From positions 1 through 10,687 of the IMG/VR virus record IMGVR_UViG_2740892444_000005: a stretch of DNA of 10,687 nucleotides; one strand, given 5' to 3'. The DNA is from a virus. Its lineage: Duplodnaviria > Heunggongvirae > Uroviricota > Caudoviricetes. Positions 6,836 through 10,687 of this stretch are shown in pieces. The position numbers and the translations under genes were made by a program. Below the pieces are notes generated by a model. It searched no databases and had not been told where the DNA came from. It worked only from the letters and a program-made list of their open reading frames with translations. Each line of letters begins with the position of its first letter. Position 1 is the stretch's first letter.

Positions 6836-6884
6836 TGGAGAAACCAACCGACCTTGCAGGGTCGATATGATGAGGAGCAGCAAA

Positions 6885-7247
6885 ATGGCTAGCGAACGCA
6901 GTACTGATGTGCAGGCATTTATCGGGGAGCTGGACGGCGGCGTATTTGAAACCAAAATCGGCGCAGTTCTCAGTGAAGTCGCTTCCGGTGTGATGAACAC
7001 GAAAACCAAAGGGAAGGTCTCACTCAATCTGGAAATCGAACCGTTTGATGAGAACCGTGTGAAAATCAAACACAAACTCTCATATGTTCGCCCAACTAAC
7101 CGCGGGAAAATTTCTGAAGAAGACACCACCGAAACGCCGATGTATGTCAATCGCGGTGGTCGCCTGACTATTCTGCAGGAAGACCAGGGACAATTACTGA
7201 CTCTTGCCGGTGAGCCTGACGGAAAACTCCGCGCAGCAGGTCATTAA
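6885..7247 (+). CDS. yfdP: YfdP-like prophage protein (unknown function)
   Basis: 120-aa product starting MASERSTDVQAFIGELDGG, from the ATG at 6885 preceded by GAGGAG (6872-6877). Alternative in-frame ATGs at 6867 and 6870 would add 5-6 aa. Length and sequence match my recollection of K-12 CPS-53 YfdP; the symbol is from memory. Confidence 0.65.
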   Translation: MASERSTDVQAFIGELDGGVFETKIGAVLSEVASGVMNTKTKGKVSLNLEIEPFDENRVKIKHKLSYVRPTNRGKISEEDTTETPMYVNRGGRLTILQEDQGQLLTLAGEPDGKLRAAGH

Positions 7248-7312
7248 TATCGTTCTTAATTAACTGATTATTTATCTCATCACTGAATATCTTAATATAG
7301 TGAGGACTTATT

Positions 7313-8137
7313 ATGTCTCAGAACTTAGACGCAACCGCAATTAATCAAATCCATGCCCTTATTTCTGCTCAGGGTGTTAATGAAATTATCAGTAAGATTG
7401 GTGCCGATGCTGTGGCATTGCCTGAGAATTTCCGCATTCATGATCTGGAAAAATTTAATTTAAATCGCTTCCGTTTCCGTGGTGCGCTTTCCACTGCCAG
7501 CATCGATGACTTTACCCGTTATTCTAAAGATCTTGCAGATGAAGGCACCCGCTGCTTTATCGATGCTGATAATATGCGTGCCGTCAGTGTGCTTAACCTG
7601 GGTACTATTGATGAACCAGGTCACGCAGATAACACCGCCACTCTCAAACTGAAAAAGACAGCACCGTTCTCTGCCCTGTTGTCTGTTAACGGCGAGCGTA
7701 ACGCCCAGAAATCACTGGCAGAATGGATTGAAGACTGGGCAGACTACCTTGTGGGCTTTGATGCTAATGGTGACGCCATTCAGGCAACAAAAGCGGCTGC
7801 GGCAATCCGTAAAATCACGATTGAAGCAAACCAGACCGCTGATTTTGAAGATAATGACTTCAGCGGCAAACGCTCCCTGATGGAATCTGTCGAAGCGAAG
7901 ACCAAAGACATTATGCCAGTGGCATTTGAATTTAAATGCGTTCCGTTTGAAGGTCTGAAAGAACGTCCGTTTAAATTACGCCTCAGCATTATCACTGGCG
8001 ATCGTCCTGTACTGGTTCTGCGCATTATTCAGCTGGAAGCGGTGCAGGAAGATATGGCTAACGAATTTCGTGATCTGCTTGTTGAGAAATTCAAAGACAG
8101 CAAAGTAGAAACCTTTATTGGTACTTTCACCGCCTGA
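7313..8137 (+). CDS. yfdQ: YfdQ-like prophage protein (DUF2303 family)
   Basis: 274-aa product starting [26 protein letters not shown], with RBS GAGGA at 7303-7307. It matches my recollection of K-12 YfdQ (274 aa). Confidence 0.8.
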   Translation: MSQNLDATAINQIHALISAQGVNEIISKIGADAVALPENFRIHDLEKFNLNRFRFRGALSTASIDDFTRYSKDLADEGTRCFIDADNMRAVSVLNLGTIDEPGHADNTATLKLKKTAPFSALLSVNGERNAQKSLAEWIEDWADYLVGFDANGDAIQATKAAAAIRKITIEANQTADFEDNDFSGKRSLMESVEAKTKDIMPVAFEFKCVPFEGLKERPFKLRLSIITGDRPVLVLRIIQLEAVQEDMANEFRDLLVEKFKDSKVETFIGTFTA

Positions 8138-8149
8138 TTTCATTACTGC

Positions 8150-8171
8150 AAATGCCCCTGTGGGGGCATTT
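8150..8171 (+). other. hairpin after yfdQ-like gene (weak candidate terminator/attenuator)
   Basis: AAATGCCCC-TGTG-GGGGCATTT: a 9-bp perfect stem with a 4-nt loop, 13 nt after the yfdQ stop. The T residues lie inside the 3' arm rather than forming a free U-tract, so termination is uncertain. Confidence 0.25.
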
Positions 8172-8264
8172 ATGGAAACGTAATTAACTCAATAATCACC
8201 GAATGGTGAGGGCTTCCTTTTACCCAAACTCAGCGCGGTGCAGCGCATATACGTGGAGAACAAA

Positions 8265-8801
8265 ATGTCATTTATTAAAACTTTTTCCGGGAAGCATTTT
8301 TATTATGACAAGATAAATAAAGACGACATCGTGATTAACGATATCGCGGTTTCCCTTTCAAATATCTGCCGCTTTGCCGGTCATCTTTCTCACTTCTACA
8401 GTGTCGCCCAACATGCGGTGCTTTGCAGCCAGCTGGTGCCGCAGGAATTTGCTTTTGAAGCGTTAATGCATGATGCAACAGAAGCGTATTGCCAGGACAT
8501 CCCCGCACCACTGAAACGCCTTCTTCCTGACTATAAACGGATGGAAGAAAAAATAGATGCAGTAATCCGTGAGAAATACGGGTTACCTCCTGTTATGAGC
8601 ACGCCAGTGAAATATGCCGATCTCATTATGCTGGCAACCGAACGCCGTGATCTCGGGCTTGATGATGGCTCTTTATGGCCTGTACTGGAAGGTATCCCGG
8701 CAACAGAGATGTTCAAAGTTATTCCACTGGCACCGGGCCATGCCTACGGGATGTTTATGGAACGCTTCAACGAGTTATCGGAATTACGCAAATGTGCATA
8801 A
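8265..8801 (+). CDS. yfdR: HD-domain phosphohydrolase (YfdR-like)
   Basis: 178-aa product from the ATG at 8265 (RBS GGAGAA at 8255-8260; the ORF-track start at 8238 is rejected). It has HD-superfamily motifs (HLSHFYSVAQHAVL; ALMHDATEAYCQD). It matches my recollection of K-12 YfdR. Confidence 0.85.
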   Translation: MSFIKTFSGKHFYYDKINKDDIVINDIAVSLSNICRFAGHLSHFYSVAQHAVLCSQLVPQEFAFEALMHDATEAYCQDIPAPLKRLLPDYKRMEEKIDAVIREKYGLPPVMSTPVKYADLIMLATERRDLGLDDGSLWPVLEGIPATEMFKVIPLAPGHAYGMFMERFNELSELRKCA

Positions 8802-9670
8802 CTCATGTAGTTAGTTTTTCTGGCGGGAGAACATCCGCATATCTTGTTCACCTGATGGAAGAACAAAGAAAGGCTGGCAATAACGTCTGCTACATCTTTA
8901 TGGATACCGGTTGCGAACATCCGCTGACATACCGCTTTATCCGGGAGGTTGTGAAGTTCTGGGACATACCACTAACTGTGTTACAGGTCGATATAAATCC
9001 TGAGCTTGGGCAGCCAAATGGTTATACAGAATGGGAGCCAAAGGATATTCAGACACGAATGCCGGTGCTTAAACCGTTTATGGACATGGTTAAAAAGTAC
9101 GGCACGCCATACATCGGCGGCGCGTTCTGTACTGACAGGCTAAAACTCATCCCTTTCACGAAATACTGCGATAACCATTTCGGACGAGGTAATTACATCA
9201 CATGGCTGGGTATTCGTGCAGACGAACCCCGTAGGCTGAAACCGAAATCGGGCATCCGGTATCTTGCCGAGCTGTCAGATTTTGATAAGTCGGATGTTAT
9301 CCGGTGGTGGCGAAAACAACCTTTTGATTTGCAAATCCCGGAGCATCTCGGGAACTGTGTTTTCTGCATCAAAAAGTCAACGCAAAAGCTGGGGCTTGCA
9401 TGTAAAGACGAACCAGGTCTGATGCGAGTTTTTAATGAGCTGGTTACAGGCAAACACGTCAGGGATGGTCATCGCAGAACAGGTAAAGACATTATGTACC
9501 GTGGTCACCTGACGCTTGACGGAATTGCCAGAATGTCTGCCAACAGCGACTACAGAAATTTGTATCAGGCAATGGTACAGGCCAGGCGATTCGATACCGG
9601 CTCGTGTTCAGAGTCATGTGAAATCTGGGGTGATCAATTGGAATTGGAATTCGAAGAGGTAGGGGTATGA
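8792..9670 (+). CDS. PAPS-reductase-like / PP-loop ATP-pyrophosphatase family protein (phage type)
   Basis: 292-aa product from the ATG at 8792, which overlaps the yfdR stop (ATGTGCATAA). The N-terminal PP-loop motif SFSGGRTS is present. Relatives are common in lambdoid prophage early regions. The ORF-track start at 8675 is rejected because it would overlap yfdR by ~40 codons. Confidence 0.8.
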   Translation: MCITHVVSFSGGRTSAYLVHLMEEQRKAGNNVCYIFMDTGCEHPLTYRFIREVVKFWDIPLTVLQVDINPELGQPNGYTEWEPKDIQTRMPVLKPFMDMVKKYGTPYIGGAFCTDRLKLIPFTKYCDNHFGRGNYITWLGIRADEPRRLKPKSGIRYLAELSDFDKSDVIRWWRKQPFDLQIPEHLGNCVFCIKKSTQKLGLACKDEPGLMRVFNELVTGKHVRDGHRRTGKDIMYRGHLTLDGIARMSANSDYRNLYQAMVQARRFDTGSCSESCEIWGDQLELEFEEVGV

Positions 9671-10011
9671 CAACCGAAATCAGCTACCATGCACTGCTTG
9701 AGCGCGCACGGAATAAAGTGCAGAGCATTGAGTTCGCCTTAACACAGAGTGCATTCGCTGAGATTCGCGCTGAGCTTGAAAATGATTTAGAACTGGCACG
9801 GATTGCACTGGCATCTCTGGAAGTTGAGCCAGATGAACGCGCAGCCTATGAATTATTTATGGAAAAGCGTTTCGGTAAAACAGTCGATCGTCGGAGAGCA
9901 AAAAACGGCGATAACGAATACATGGCATGGGATATGACTCTCGGTTGGATCGTCTGGCAGCAACGAGCTGGTATCCATTTTTCAACAATGTCACAGCAAG
10001 AGGTGAAATAA
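9667..10011 (+). CDS. hypothetical prophage early-region protein
   Basis: 114-aa ORF. Its ATG overlaps the upstream stop (ATGA at 9667-9670) and its stop overlaps the xis start (TAATG at 10009-10013). Acidic, helical-looking sequence. No family recognised. Confidence 0.65.
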   Translation: MTTEISYHALLERARNKVQSIEFALTQSAFAEIRAELENDLELARIALASLEVEPDERAAYELFMEKRFGKTVDRRRAKNGDNEYMAWDMTLGWIVWQQRAGIHFSTMSQQEVK

Positions 10012-10361
10012 TGGAGCCATACAGCCTCACACTCGATGAGGCCTGTCATTTTCTCAAGATATCCAGACCGACTGCCATTAACTGGATACGCACAGGGCGT
10101 CTTCAGGCAACACGCAAAGATCCCACTAAGAATAAATCTCCTTACCTCACAACACGACAAGCCTGCATTGCGGCTCTTCAGTCTCCGCTGCATACTGTCC
10201 AGGTGAGCGCGGGTGATGGCATAACAGAGGAAAGAAAATGTCACTCTTCCGCAGAGGTGAAATATGGTACGCCAGTTTCACATTGCCGAACGGTAAAAGA
10301 TTTAAACAGTCTCTTGGAACAAAGGACAAAAGGCAGGCGACAGAACTCCATGACAAGCTAA
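10011..10361 (+). CDS. xis: excisionase (P22 Xis-like)
   Basis: 116-aa product [40 protein letters not shown], with RBS GAGGTGA at 10002-10008. It matches my recollection of P22-type Xis in length and sequence. It sits immediately upstream of, and overlapping, the integrase start. Confidence 0.75.
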   Translation: MEPYSLTLDEACHFLKISRPTAINWIRTGRLQATRKDPTKNKSPYLTTRQACIAALQSPLHTVQVSAGDGITEERKCHSSAEVKYGTPVSHCRTVKDLNSLLEQRTKGRRQNSMTS

Positions 10362-10687
10362 AGGCTGAAGCATGGCGGGTCAGCAAACTTGGTGAAATAC
10401 CTGATATAACGTTCGAGGAAGCGTGTGTCAGGTGGCTTGAAGAGAAAGCACATAAAAAATCACTGGACGATGACAAAAGCCGGATCGGATTCTGGCTTCA
10501 ACATTTCGCAGGAATGCAACTAAGAGACATTACTGAATCAAAAATTTATTCAGCAATGCAGAAAATGACGAACCGGCGTCATGAGGAAAACTGGAAACTC
10601 AGGGCAGAAGCATGCAGAAAAAAAGGGAAACCTGTTCCAGAATACACGCCAAAACCAGCGTCCGTTGCAACGAAGGCTACGCACTGA
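10238..10687 (+). CDS. int: tyrosine integrase, N-terminal (arm-binding) region only; frame ends at TGA 10685-10687
   Basis: [46 protein letters not shown] is the N-terminus of P22 / CPS-53 IntS-type integrases as I recall them. RBS AGAGGA at 10226-10231. The frame terminates after 149 aa, whereas family members are ~385 aa. No catalytic domain is visible in this window. Confidence 0.8.
   Translation: MSLFRRGEIWYASFTLPNGKRFKQSLGTKDKRQATELHDKLKAEAWRVSKLGEIPDITFEEACVRWLEEKAHKKSLDDDKSRIGFWLQHFAGMQLRDITESKIYSAMQKMTNRRHEENWKLRAEACRKKGKPVPEYTPKPASVATKATH

Noticed and set aside
6499-6870. Plus-strand ORFs 6499-6870 and 6566-6787 (and minus 6587-6769, 6782-7150)
   Set aside because: Pro/Gly/Arg-rich translations spanning the stf remnant and the palindromic block, with no RBS or domain signal. 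The region is more likely non-coding or remnant.
7780-9453. Minus-strand ORFs 7780-8025, 8531-8716 and 9193-9453, and plus-strand 8614-8814
   Set aside because: Shadow frames within yfdQ-like, yfdR-like and PAPS-reductase-like genes, which are supported by motifs and translational coupling.
9846-10476. Minus-strand ORFs 9846-10244 and 10147-10476; plus ORF start at 9927 for xis
   Set aside because: They are antisense to the xis/int frames. The 9927 start would overlap the upstream gene, whereas the ATG at 10011 has an RBS and yields the expected 116-aa Xis.
1-10687. CRISPR array, rRNA or tRNA genes
   Set aside because: I saw no regularly spaced direct repeats with unique spacers and no rRNA-like or cloverleaf-compatible sequences on reading both strands.

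Overview
This window joins an AT-rich cargo island (nt 1 to ~4880) to a degraded lambdoid/P22-like prophage backbone (~4880 to 10687) that resembles the E. coli cryptic prophage CPS-53/KplE1. The cargo carries a minus-strand cytoplasmic trypsin-like serine protease with an uncharacterised N-terminal domain, and a plus-strand two-gene cassette encoding a DUF4236-type protein and a DUF2971-type protein. The backbone has an intact tail-fiber-assembly gene (tfa) and a 5'-truncated side-tail-fiber remnant on the minus strand, then a plus-strand, translationally coupled operon: yfdP-like, yfdQ-like, yfdR-like HD phosphohydrolase, PAPS-reductase-like protein, a small ORF, a P22-type excisionase and an integrase whose frame stops after 149 aa at the last codon of the window. 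The best candidate for an undescribed system is the two-gene cassette: it sits in the moron slot immediately downstream of tfa, is transcribed antisense to the late genes, and is bracketed by two ~36-bp imperfect-palindrome repeats. The neighbouring protease may belong with it. I saw no rRNA, tRNA or CRISPR array. All domain and family calls come from reading motifs by eye and from memory of known proteins; no search or computation was run, and GC values are rough estimates.
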